A stretch of 64,000 bases of DNA from contig NC_088858.1 of the NCBI RefSeq assembly GCF_963853765.1, positions 310,001 through 374,000 on the forward strand, given 5' to 3'. Under the pieces are notes generated by a model. It was given only the letters and a program-made list of their open reading frames with translations, had not been told where the DNA came from and made no database searches. The stretch is from Magallana gigas. Its lineage: Eukaryota. Positions 13,410 through 25,900 of the stretch are shown piece after piece. Each line of letters begins with the position of its first letter. Position 1 is the first letter of the stretch. Made by a program: the position numbers and the translations under genes.

Positions 13410-13971
13410 AACCGTTCCTCTGTACGATCTTCAGAATCATGACAGTGTGAATTATCTCAACAACAAGGCAGAGGTGGGTGAGAAATGGGGCGGAGCACAG
13501 GAGAATGTTAACTACCAGAATAATACGGCAGACAAACTCCAGAATTGGAAAGGGAACCAAACTAATGGGACAGAGTTGGATTCTAAAAATTTACACAAGA
13601 GTCATAATGAGTCACCCAATGTGACAAAAAGTCATAAAAACCATGAACATAGAAAGAATGTCAAAAATAATATTGAACTTGGGGAGTACACAAAAAATGG
13701 ACACTTTGAAGAAAAAACTTCCAATCCAGCAGCAACACAGAGAAGACAACACAAGTGTGACGACGAAGTCATCTATGCAAATTCTCAATTTGAAAAGGTG
13801 GCCAAAGCCAGAAACAAGAAGGCTCCAGTGCAGAAAGTGCCATCAATACGAGATGCTACTCCTCCAGCTGATGTCAAGACTCAAGACATGTACTACATTG
13901 ATGAAAATCCCTATGATAGGGTCGATCGCAGGGAAAAACCTGTGCCTAAAAAACGAAACAAAGTCACATGA
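13410..13971 (+). CDS. Alternative terminal exon of the same membrane protein (cytoplasmic tail B, about 186 aa)
   Basis: Acceptor ttgtcttctacag at 13409 is phase 2, matching the transmembrane exon donor. It reads TVPLYDLQNHDSV into ORF 13447..13971. AATAAA follows at 14759-14764. Confidence 0.75.
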
Positions 13972-14758
13972 CAGAATCCCAGATAGCTAGAAGACCTGTA
14001 GTTATGTCTGCAAAGACAGGGGCAGATAACTCAAGATCAGAAGCTATAGTTCTTCAGCTTGAAGAAGTGTTCATATTAATTTCTCTATTGGAAGAATCTT
14101 AAAACATGTGTTACATGTGCTATGGTGTCTAAATCTTCAAAGGTTGTAAATAGAAAGTTATTGGTTGTATTGTTTTTTATATTTATTATAAATGTGTTTA
14201 TTGAAGTGTTAACATTTATACTTTTACTTTGATGTTTTAAATTCATGGAGTCCATCTTTTCTCGTTTTTATCTAAATGTAAAAGTTTTTACTGGAAGTTT
14301 AAGTTTTTTTTCTGATCCATAACTCCATAGTAATGGCCTTTCCATTCTCATTGTTTATATCTGTGTTACAATGGATGATGGTAATTGTCCATATATATAT
14401 TTACTGGGGTAACATGGATACTTAGTAGTTGTAATTTTTACCTCTATGCAAATGTATCGATAGAGAAGACTTTGAGCTACTTGTACATGCAATACTCAAA
14501 ATATACTCAGAAATCATATGCTTCCATTTCAATGCATTTAGGTTAGTTGATGTATTACTTGAGTAGAACTACATGCAATTTTTGATATAATAATATACTA
14601 GGAGCCCACCTGCTTCCACATCCTAGTCACTGTTAGTTCATGGATCTATTACTTGTAGTAGGTGCTGATTGTTTCTGCTGTGATAAGTAACACCTGTTTA
14701 CTGTTGCACCTTATTGTTGATTAGTTTTCTCTTGTTAGTTGACAATTTGTATTTGTTT

Positions 14759-14764
14759 AATAAA
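14759..14764 (+). terminator. Probable polyadenylation signal of membrane-protein isoform B
   Basis: AATAAA about 790 nt after the stop codon at 13971. Confidence 0.5.
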
Positions 14765-14785
14765 ACTTATGTATATTTACCTATA

Positions 14786-15943
14786 CAGAGGGTTCCGCTT
14801 AATCTGATAGTCTGTTTGTCAGGCAAAAATTATCAGATTAACCGATTATTAGATAAACCAATTTAGCGTTTTTGTGGTATTTAATTTTGGTATAGAATAA
14901 AATACAACTTGTTTCAATACATAATTTATCAACAAACAGATATAATCTGCTTCTCAATAGTTTATAATGAAATAATTTACCTTGCAATGAAATAGCATTT
15001 TAGTCATTATTTTGTTTGTAAATGCTCAAAAGAAAATGTTGCCCTTTTTCACTGTTCATTACGATGGTTTCAGAGTGGCGGCCATTTTAACAGGAAGTGA
15101 TAAGGGCTAACTGTCTAAACATTCCCTCTTTTCACCTGGCCAATTTATTTTAATTCTTTTTCTGGTACAGTAGAATGCTCTTAAATAATCAATTATGCAT
15201 GATAACAAATTATTTGAATTTTATTCATTAAGTTTTCTACCCCGATGTAAAATTGAGAGTAATCAGAATTTCCTCGATGTCACATGTTCCCAAGCACTTT
15301 TGATTCAGAAATTACATGTTTAAATAATGCTTAATGGTGCAAGCCTAGCATGAAATTAACACAGGCAATTAGTAAATGAAAAAACAGTCAAATGTGTACA
15401 CAGGTAAGGTCAGTCCTGTGTGCGGTCATCCGGAACAACTATCGATGTCGGTAGCTTTCATCTTACGAAGAAGTGAGCCACCCGTGTGTGTTTAAGTGAA
15501 ACTAATGCCCTGTAAAGAGTTACTGTGTACACAAAAGGGGTGTCAACTAATAAAACAAAGGAATATAGAGATGTTAGAGGGTGGGCTGAACTATCGATGT
15601 CGGTATCTTTCATCTATCGACCAGCTGACCATCTGTGTGCGTTGAGCTGTGACTAATCCCCTGAAGCACCGTTTTTTGCAAGTTTTAGGCACATGCCAAG
15701 CTGTTTACACAGTGAGAGGTTATACACGAGGTGTGGACATGGTGGAAGAGATGTGAAAACGTTAACTGAGATTTGATCGGCCGACAGAAATCGTATCAGA
15801 TTAACCGAAAATGACATTTTTTTCAATCAGATTATCAGTAGAAATTACAAAGGCTTATATAGCAAATGGATCGGTGTTTTGATTTTATATCAGATTAACC
15901 GAATTATCACATTAACCGCGATCAGATTAAGTGGAACCCTCTG
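14786..15943. mobile_element. Non-autonomous Tc1/mariner/pogo-type DNA transposon (1158 bp)
   Basis: ta|cagagggttccgcttaatctgat ... atcagattaagtggaaccctctg|ta (23-bp TIR, one mismatch), with subterminal cagattaaccga repeats and no transposase ORF. Confidence 0.9.
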
Positions 15944-16073
15944 TATTGACTTTAATTTTTTTTTTTTTAAAGATCACAAATCGATCTAAATTCTGTGTGC
16001 AGAAAAGGCACAGCACTGTCCTGACCAAAAAAAAACATAATTAACAATAAAATTGCAATTTTACAAAAAATGC

Positions 16074-16079
16074 TTTATT
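16074..16079 (-). terminator. Probable HECTD1 polyadenylation signal
   Basis: TTTATT on the + strand (AATAAA on -), about 870 nt after the HECTD1 stop. Confidence 0.5.
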
Positions 16080-16269
16080 AGCATAAACGTGTACATTTCC
16101 ATTCGGAAAATGACAAAATATACCTACTGAGTATATCTTGTTTTGCAATTAAGAATAATAAACAACACTCGTATATCAAATATGAAATGTCATCTCAAAA
16201 CTTCATATTAAGAAAACAAAGAACAAGAATTTACATGTATAATGGATCACACAAGTAAAGCAATCTCAG

Positions 16270-16440
16270 GTGTCACAAAGCACATCCTGTACATATGTAA
16301 TGCAGTGCTCGGCCCCGACTGCAACCACACGCGTCTCAAAGCACACCCTGTACACAAGTAATGCAGTGCTCGACTCTGACCGCAACCACACGCATCACAA
16401 AGCACACCCTGTTCATAAAGTAATGCAGTGCTCGGCCTGC
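16270..16440. repeat. ~60-bp tandem repeat (3 copies) in the HECTD1 3' UTR
   Basis: cacaaagcacaccctgtac...gtaatgcagtgctcg recurs three times. Confidence 0.85.
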
Positions 16441-16947
16441 TTGGTCAGAGCTAGAAATCTGTTGGGTGCACTCATTACAATCCTAGTGTCATATTGGCAC
16501 ACAGCTTTTGGAGCAAGGACACAGAATGAAGACATATAATCAGTAGATACAATTACTCGGTAACAATAAATAATCAAGCCATGATCAGGTCATTTTCTAT
16601 CTATAAAATAATCACAGTTTCTATGGTACAAAATCCACAGGATTTTTGCTGAACATATTTCATCGTTGTAAACTGGTTATAACAGAATGTTCTCTGTCCA
16701 CTTGGTTTTGCCCTGCAGTATATGAACCAGTACCACCAGTGGCAAACTCTTCACTGTTACAATGATATGTGGACTATAGCCAGCGATACAACAATACAAT
16801 CACAATCTTACAGTGTTACAAATGATACAACGGTCTGACCGTTTGAGCTTTATCCCAGCCAGTGTTACAACAATACACAGTTTAACAGTCTCAGAGTATA
16901 TCCCAGCCAGCGATACAACAATACACAGTTTAACAGGCTCAATGGCC

Positions 16948-19900
16948 TTAGTTGAAGTGGAACTGTTTTTCACGAGTGGCGGTTAGCAGTCTGTCTCTAA
17001 GGATTTCCTCGCTGGAATACTCCGGGAGCTTCAGGTAATGATAACAGGTGTTGACGGAGGGGTAACTAGTCTCAGTCTCATTCTTACGAGCGACGGAGAG
17101 TCGGGGGTGGAGATTGGCAAGACCCCCAGGGGGGAGGGAAGAACAGCCGGTCACAAACTGAACGAAGGCCTTCCTCTCGTCCGCATTCAGCTCACACAGG
17201 ACAGAGACAAACCTTTGAAATCCCGGGCTGTGGGAGAGACAAAACGAAAGTATAACATCACCTTGAATCAAAGGCACAGGAACTGACTGGTACATGGATT
17301 TTTTTTCTTATTATTAGTAATTGAACATAATACATGTACATGACATAAAGTGATATCTTATATAATTTATATCAATTAATTTCTATACACAATAATTAAT
17401 CCAATATAAATCTGATTTTCCATTAGCCTACCTCTCCAATAATTAATCCAATATAAATCTGACTTTCCATTAGCCTACCTCTCCAATAATTAATCCAATA
17501 TAAATCTGACTTTCCATTAGCCTACCTCTCCAATAATTAATCCAATATAAATCTGATTAGCCTACCTCTCTTTGGTGTATCCTTGTTTAGGCTCTGTGTA
17601 GTTAAGGATGTCCTCCCGGCTCCAATTTGGATACTGGTCCCCACATATTAAGGTAACCAATTCATCAGGACTAAATGCGTGAAGCTTTTCCATAGGGAAA
17701 ACCCCATTGAATCCATCTGTATCAAAGTGAAATAAAATGATGAAAGTTCACAAAGTAATGAGATCACTTGTCTGCACACATACAGTATATGAACAAATTA
17801 CCTCCCCCATAAAAGCATACCATTCTAGTGTATATACACCTACACACAGAACAAGTAACACATACAAGTATACCATTATAGTATATTTACATTACACATA
17901 TTTTTTGCATGTAAAGTTTATGGAAAGCTACTGCAGTTATAATACTTTAACGCATCACAAATTCTGAACGCTGTAAAATGCAACGTCACAAGCAAAAACC
18001 GCTTGTGTCTGTTACTGCAGCTCTTCCTTTTATATTAACTTTCCCTTACAATAAAATAAGATTTTAAAGGTATAAATCACATTTGCAGACAAGACAAGAA
18101 GTTAAAAGAAAGTAAATATAAGCATTAAATCATTATTTTTTTAAAGATAGAGGCTCATAACTGCAGCGCTGTGTGCATACAAATTTTCATAACGCCCTAA
18201 TGCGCGTTACTCAATTTGTATGCACACACTGCTGCAGTTATGAGACTTTATCTTTTAAAAAATAATGATTCAGTGCTTAAGTATATATACCTACACACAG
18301 AACAAGTACCACACAGAAATATACCGACCTCTGAACGCGTCCAGTTGCCGACGGATTCCAATGTTTAGACAGAAGTCGGTGACCAAATCCACATACTCAT
18401 CTATATTCTCCATGGTAACATCCTACAAAACCAAATACAAAGGTTATATCAGCTCTATATTCTCCATAGTAACATCCTACAAAACCAAGTACAAACGTTA
18501 TATCAGCTGTATATTTTCCATAGTAACATCCTACAAAACCAAGTACAAACGTTATATCAGCTCTATATTTTCCATAGTAACATCCTACAAAACCAAATAC
18601 AAAGGTAACATCAGCTTATGTACATGAACATGTGAAATAAATCATATAAGAGAACAAAAAATAGAGATTAAGTTTATGTACAAGCACAATTTTAGAATGT
18701 GACAATTAAAAAAATATATCTTACCACATTTTCTCCGTCAGGTTTCAAATCATACGATAAATATCCATAAACCTTAGACGAGGGATTGAATTGGAATGTC
18801 AATCTACCAAAAATAGAGAAAACATTTAAATAATAAGAGGAAAGCTTACAGTGTACATGTAAATCACAAAAACACTTTATATACATGTACATGTATATCA
18901 ACATGTAATTACCTTTTATCATTGACAAACATGTACAAAGTTAAATTATAATTAAAATTGGTATGTTACAAGAATTACAAGCATTAAATTAAGACCTACC
19001 CAAGATCTTCGATGCGACACCCCTCGAACTTCTGGCCATGTAGAGCCAGTCTCTGAAGACGAATGTTCTTCTGGTCCTGGGACAGGCTGCGATCCTTCAG
19101 AATCCTCTGTTTACGACTCACGAGTTCACGAAGCTGTTTAAGGAAGTTGGAGCGGTATGGATCAACGGTATCAAAATCCTCCTCCGTCAGAATCCCAGCA
19201 AACCAGGACACACCCTCCAGCTGTCGGAGCTTCGGGGGGTCAAGGATCAACTCCTTGTCCTCAATACTGGAGGTCATAAGGTCACTGTGGTCACTGTAGT
19301 AGGACTCGGACGAGGTCACCGAGCGGTGGAGGGACTCGGTGTACTGCTGAGTAATGTGGTGCCCCACCTCCCCCATACACATCAGTTTGAGGAACGGCCG
19401 CGACAAAGGCATGTCTATCAGCCGCTTGTCCTGGAGACATTTTGCAAGGAGTGTGCCAAAGAAGAAAAACAGTCTCTCTACTCGGCTCACCTCAGAGTGA
19501 TCCTGAGGTAAGGGGGCAGGGAAAAGTCCTCCAGACCTTTGGATGTAATACCCAGGAGGTTTAACTCCTTGGCCGAGATCAATCTGAAAAAAGAAACAGT
19601 CACAAATTTATTCACTAACATTAATGGAAACATGAATTAACTGATTAAGATTGGTTTAGGCATTAGAATTCACAATTCTTTGGATTCTGTCTACCGGTAC
19701 ACCACGACTTTTTAATGTGTATTATTACATGCATCCTTAGATTCTGCCTACACCACAACTTTTATAATGTGTATCATTACATTTATACTGTGTATTATTA
19801 CAAGCATCCCTCACCTCTCTCTCCGTCTTGTCATGGAAGTCATCGTCCACCAGCCACATGCCCAGCTCTTTCTTCTGGAGCTCGGCAGCCACCAGGGCAT

Positions 19901-22900
19901 AAAACTCTAGGCTGGGGCCGAGGCCGGTCCCCTCCTCCCCCTGGAACTCAATCTCCAGCATTGACTTCCTGTGGACGTGGCACTTCATGACCTGCATGGC
20001 CCACTCTAACAGTGTGTTGCCGCGCGGAACCTTGACACGCTCGTGCTTCAGTCGACCGATTCGGTACTCTCCTCCCTCCTCTCTCCTGGTGACCGGCCCT
20101 CGACTCCTCTCTATGCTCGCGTCACGCTTGTCTTGCAGCCAAACAATAGCTCTGTTGAACATAAGAAACTCTGTCAGATTGAACCCAGATACAGATATAG
20201 AGGAACCAGTACAAATATCTTAAACAGGGAAACCAGCACAACGTACCTGGATGTGCCAAAGGCTGTACAGGTGAAGTAGAGCTGCCTGGTGTCCACTGAG
20301 AAGAGCATAGGGCAGGCCTTGGTCAGCTGTTCACACCAGTCAGGGAGGGCATTACTGGCCAGCACCAGCGGGTCCTACAGAGACAGAAACCATCACCATC
20401 ACACACCGATATAGAAATAATACACTGCCTTATTAAAACTCCAGCAGGTCAGTTTTGAAGTATACCATTGTTAGCAGTTTACAAGTATATTTTCACCTAC
20501 GTTTGTTTTGCATCTAAGACTGTTGATAGCTTACATGTTTCACCTGTGGTTGTTGATAGACTGAATTTCTTACCTGTTTTTGTTAATACATGTAGTTTAA
20601 ATTTCTTACCTGCGTGAGTTAATTGTTTGAATTTCTCATCTGTTTTTCAATAGATTGAATTTCTTACATGGTTTGTTAATACATGTAGTTTGAATTTCTT
20701 ACATGTGTGTTAATTATTTGAATTTCTCATCTATGTTTTATAACAGTTTGAATTTCTTACCTTTTTGTGTTGACAGTTTATATTTCTTACCTGTGTTTGT
20801 TGATTCAATTTGTTGGTCAGTTTCTTGGAGACAAATTCCTCAGCAGGAACATTCAGCTGAACACCCTTTCTCTCTGTTCATCATAAAATTCATAAATTAC
20901 TGAAATTCCAGTTTACATTTTACCTAGTATGTGAAAATACATATGACCATTGTATAAACATGTAAAAGAAAATGTGATGGTATTATGGATATATAAAATG
21001 TTACATAATGCATACCAAGAGGGTACTACATACATACTACATGCTAAATTATGTCTCATATTACATGTTCTTGTATTGCCTTCACTGACTTTGATTGAGA
21101 ACTTAGGTGATTTTACCACTGAGCTGCATGTCTTGGCTTAACTCAATGAAAATTGTTCAACACACACTAAATTATAACTCCTACTTTAAACACCATACAA
21201 TTAAACCTCCTGTTTACCATTGAGCTGCATGTTCTGACTGTGCTCCATGGAGATGGCGTAGAGTCGCTGCAGGAGCTGCAGTACGTGGTCTATAGTACAG
21301 GCCGCGGGGTCATTACTCCGCGGGACGTCCCACTCACTCAGGATCTGACACGACCTCGCCTCAGAGTGGGCGCCAGTCTTGGAATGAAGGGAATCCTGGA
21401 AATAGAATTATTTACACTGGACTTGTAAAAATACACTAACCTACAGAACTGTAGGTGAAGCTCACCAGGTAATGCAATCCACAATGAATCACATACATAG
21501 AGACTAGTTTGTTTTTATTAACTTTCTAAAAACAAGGATCTTACTGTAATTTTCTCCAGTTCTTGTCTGGTTTCTCCTTCCTTCAATGTTCTGTACATAA
21601 TTCTGCAAAAGGATTAAAGATGTCAGTTACATATACAGTGAACTGTTGTACTGTTTGCATTAAGATCAAGAACTATAACATTAACACTTAAATGTCTGTT
21701 CATTGACTGGTTCTGTGACTTACGTGTAAGTTGGTTCCCAGATTCGCCTGATCCTCTCGTTTCTGTTCCCTGACATCCCGTGGACCAGTAACTTCTGGAT
21801 GTACTTGAAAATACAGCTCTCGTCTGAGCCCAGGCATACCTCAATATTCTCCATCTGTTCACAAACAAACTCACTCTGATAACTCAGGTCAAACTGTACA
21901 GAACACTAAACATCTAGTCAGTTCTCTATAACTGTTTATTAGATTACATACAACTGCCTAGTTCTAACAATGATGAAGCCTTTATACACCTTGGAGCTAA
22001 AAAAGATGTCCTTAGTTCACATTTTGATAAGCTAGTCCTTAATTAACACTTTATATTACTGGCAGTAAGCACTTCTCACCCCTAGTACTTAGTTTACACG
22101 TTATATTATGAGTAGTAAACAATTCTTACCCCTGGGAGACACGGGGCTTTGATAAAGAGGACTATCTTGGGCTGACTGCTGGAATCCAGGCTGTCGCTGG
22201 TCGGGCTGGACTCCATACCTGTACAGGTAAGACAATGCACACTGACAGGTGAGACAATATACAGGTAAGACAATTATTTCAAATACCAAATGAGATATCT
22301 TTAAATTAAAGTTGACCAAACAAGGCAATTTTTTTTTTAGATGTAGACCATCTATAATACATGGACTACGAATCCAACAAATTTCAGAGTAAAAGCAATT
22401 TATGCCCCATTACAGTTTTCCCATCAATACAGTTAAAGCGAAAATCCTTATACTGAATTGACACTTACAGTGAAGTGATTTTCATTCCCCGAGACTTTAT
22501 TACATGTTGTAAAATCGACGGATATAACGAATTACGTTTATAACTAAGCAAAATAGCCCGTCCCTGGCACTTCATTATGAGCATGTTTTACTGTAGTTTA
22601 TCATATTCTAAAATTCCTCAAATTCCAACCTAATTTATCCCATTCTACATATTTAAAAACAAAGATCCTCACCAGGTGCCGGGATTTCAAAGTCCTGGTA
22701 CTGGTTGACATTGGTGCGACCTGGGCGGGGGTCAAAGGCGGGGATCAAAGCTGAGAACTGACGCTTCAGGACAAATTCATCATCCCAGGTCTTCCTTCTC
22801 TCTCCTCGCACTTCATCCAGGCCATCTTCTTCCTGTAACACCAAACAATTTATACACCTTCAGTTCATGTCTACCTCACACTACCAGGGGTAGTTATAAT

Positions 22901-25900
22901 TCACATCAGTACATCAATCCTCTAAATAAACCACAGTCACCCACCATCATATCCTCGTACACTTCATCATCCTCATTCTCATCTTCATTTTCATCGTCGT
23001 CATCATCAGGCCCAGGCAGCTCTTCATCATCGTCAAGCTCTCCCAGGAGGGTGGTGGCCCGGCATGTCTCGAGAAACTCGTCACTCTCGCTGGAGGTGGA
23101 GGTGAGACTGCGAGTCAGGGCCTGGCTCAGAGAGGTCACGTTGGCCATGGTCTGGGTGGTGGTGAGTGTACTCGAGGTGGGGGCATTAGAGGTGGTCAGA
23201 CTTGGGTAACTCTGGGCTGTACTCAGCAGGTTGTTACCTACAATGGAGAATAGGTCTGTTCCTTCTGTAAGTAGCTGTCAACTTCATTTACATCAATATC
23301 TATACACTGTTCATAATCTTTCAAGTAAAGGAGCAAAGAAAAACATGAAACGTGGATTCCTTATTTTACGCGTGAACTTAATTCCGCGATTCAATATTTT
23401 TTCATCAAATCGCAAGAACATAAAATTGCAAATGCTGAAATGTTATCATAGTTTCATGTAGTTTATTTGTCCAAAAATTAAAAGCTAGATGTTAAATTCG
23501 CAAGACGGGCTTCTAACGATTTTATGCAATATTAATTCCCCATGTCTAATTAGGAATTTACAGTATGTCTTATTTCTTCTAATACATTAAACTTCAATAT
23601 ATTTCTATCACTTTAATTTCACTTTTGTAGTTTAGCATTACATGATAGCACCTTCTTCCTTACTTGGTGCATTCTGACTCCCCAGCCTGAGGGTGTTGCT
23701 CCGGTTGTTCATGCCGACGGTTCCTAGGTTACGCCTAGCGACGGCAGCAAATGTCTCCAGTAGACTGACTGTCTGCTCCATGCTGGTGGGGAGGTTCGGG
23801 ACGCTCACACTCATCGGGTTAGTGGGGGACCCCCGTGTCTGTCCGTCTGCCTTTTTGTTGTCTGTCTTTGAGTTCAGATGCTCCAAAGTCATCCCGCCTT
23901 CAGCACCTGAGGCCGACTGTGCTGGTTCCCGGCCCTCCACAGCTCCTGTCCTGTTGTTGTTTAGACTGGTGGACTCTTGGAGCTGAGGCTCACTAGGGAT
24001 ATTGTTGCTATTTTTGGTTTCTTCTAAAGATTCCATGGTTGTGGCCAAATTCACAAGGTTGTCACTTAGATTTTGTGCCATCTAAAATTGCATGTACAAT
24101 GTCTTCATATTAATGTTATACAAATCTGTAAAGATACTTGATATATCTTCTATAAAACAAATTTTTCCTAAAAAATACATTTACATCAGTACATGTATTT
24201 GCAATCTAAAAATGTAGGTTTTAATTCACTGTAATAATGATATTGATAATGTACAGTCTTGAGGCAATTGACTGATTATTTTCATTCCAATAACAATGGA
24301 TTCTTTTCCGATATTTAAATCAGTAACTTACAGATTTGACGGCAGATGTCAGGCATTCGGCAGAAGCGGCCTGTTCAGTGCTGGCTACAGACGGCTTGTT
24401 CTCGTCGACCTCGGTGAGACTCGGGGTGGAGCTGCTCTTACGACTCGTCAACACGCTCACCTGGACATACAGATAACGGGTGACAATAAGTGCGGGTAAA
24501 AGTTAGTGTCTAAATGAGGATCTAACCAATTCCAAACAATTTATTTCTGTATTACAATAAGACAACTAATACAGACAATCAATGCTCATTTACAAATAAA
24601 GTGTAACAAGTTATGAATAATAACTGGTAGCTAATAGTTACTTGGTCTAAATAAGGCCACACAAATAGTTCACAAATCATTTATGAATTAAAGGTGTATT
24701 CAACTGACCTTGACTTTGTCTGAAGCGACTACCCCTGTCTTAGCCTTGGCCCCTAGGTCAACTTTGGCCAGGGCTGCTCTGTGTTTTTCTGGGTCATATC
24801 CTGGAGCGAGGGCCAAGTCATATTTGCCCTCTGCCCCCATTCTATAGGAGTTGGATCCACCAGAGTCCCAGTTCACATCAATCCATCCTGTCAAAGAAAG
24901 TCACAAAACAACGTCATAAAAATATCTCGTATAAACCGTTCAATAACACTTTAAATCTGCATAAATTAGTCTCCTATCAATATGAAGTTCCCTTATGCAT
25001 GCTTTTAAATAACATTACAAATCTGCATTAACTGGTCCCCTACCATTGTGCAGTTCACCGGTCACAGTTCCCTCCCCTCCCTTGGGTCCATCCTGATCCC
25101 TCCACTTCCAGTCCATTCCCCTGACGACGCGGGCCCCGGGGACCATCTGTTTCAACACCTGAGTCCTGATTATCCTTCTCTGTCGCCGTAGGCTGGCCTC
25201 TGCCTCGCGCGCTGCTTTACCTAAAATATATCCAGCATTTGTTTAACTTCATGTCCTAGTGTCTCCATATATACAAGTTATATCAGAAATACAGTATTTA
25301 AACACCAGATTTAAGTTCCTCACCTAGATCATCACAAACTCCATTTACAGTTCCGTATATCTCCATCCCTGACACAGACAGGTAGTGGGTCTGACCGCTA
25401 GCGTTGCGGCCAGTCTGCTGAATCTTGATGTGTCGCCACCCCTGCTTCTCATCTTCTGGGGGGGTCAGGGGCCATGTTGCCGTGGACCCAGGCTCATTCA
25501 GACTTGTGTCATCCTTGTGAGTCTTAAGTGTGACCCAATTAATGCCATCTTTGGACACCTGGAACTGCCAATTCCTCAGTGCAGATCTGAAGATAATGAA
25601 TTCAATCATACAAGAAGCTTATGAAGCCATTTCATGACAAAATGAACTACACTGCACATGTTTATGAAACAGGTAAGCATTTTGCCTCCAATTTATTCCA
25701 GATAAGGGACAATTATTTGCACACTTGATTACCTGCCATATCCACGTGCGTGTCTCAGAGTGTAGTGAGTTGGCACGATCCAGACTCCCAAGTCAATGGC
25801 AAACCAAGCTTTCCTAGGAAAGAAAAGTCATTGAAGATTACATCAAACTTAAAAGTGAAGTGTACTTTCATAATTTCATTTTAGATACAAGTTCTCTTCC

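Noticed and set aside
14786-15943. An internal transposase in the 1.16-kb element
   Set aside because: I found no ORF or recognisable DDE motif by eye.
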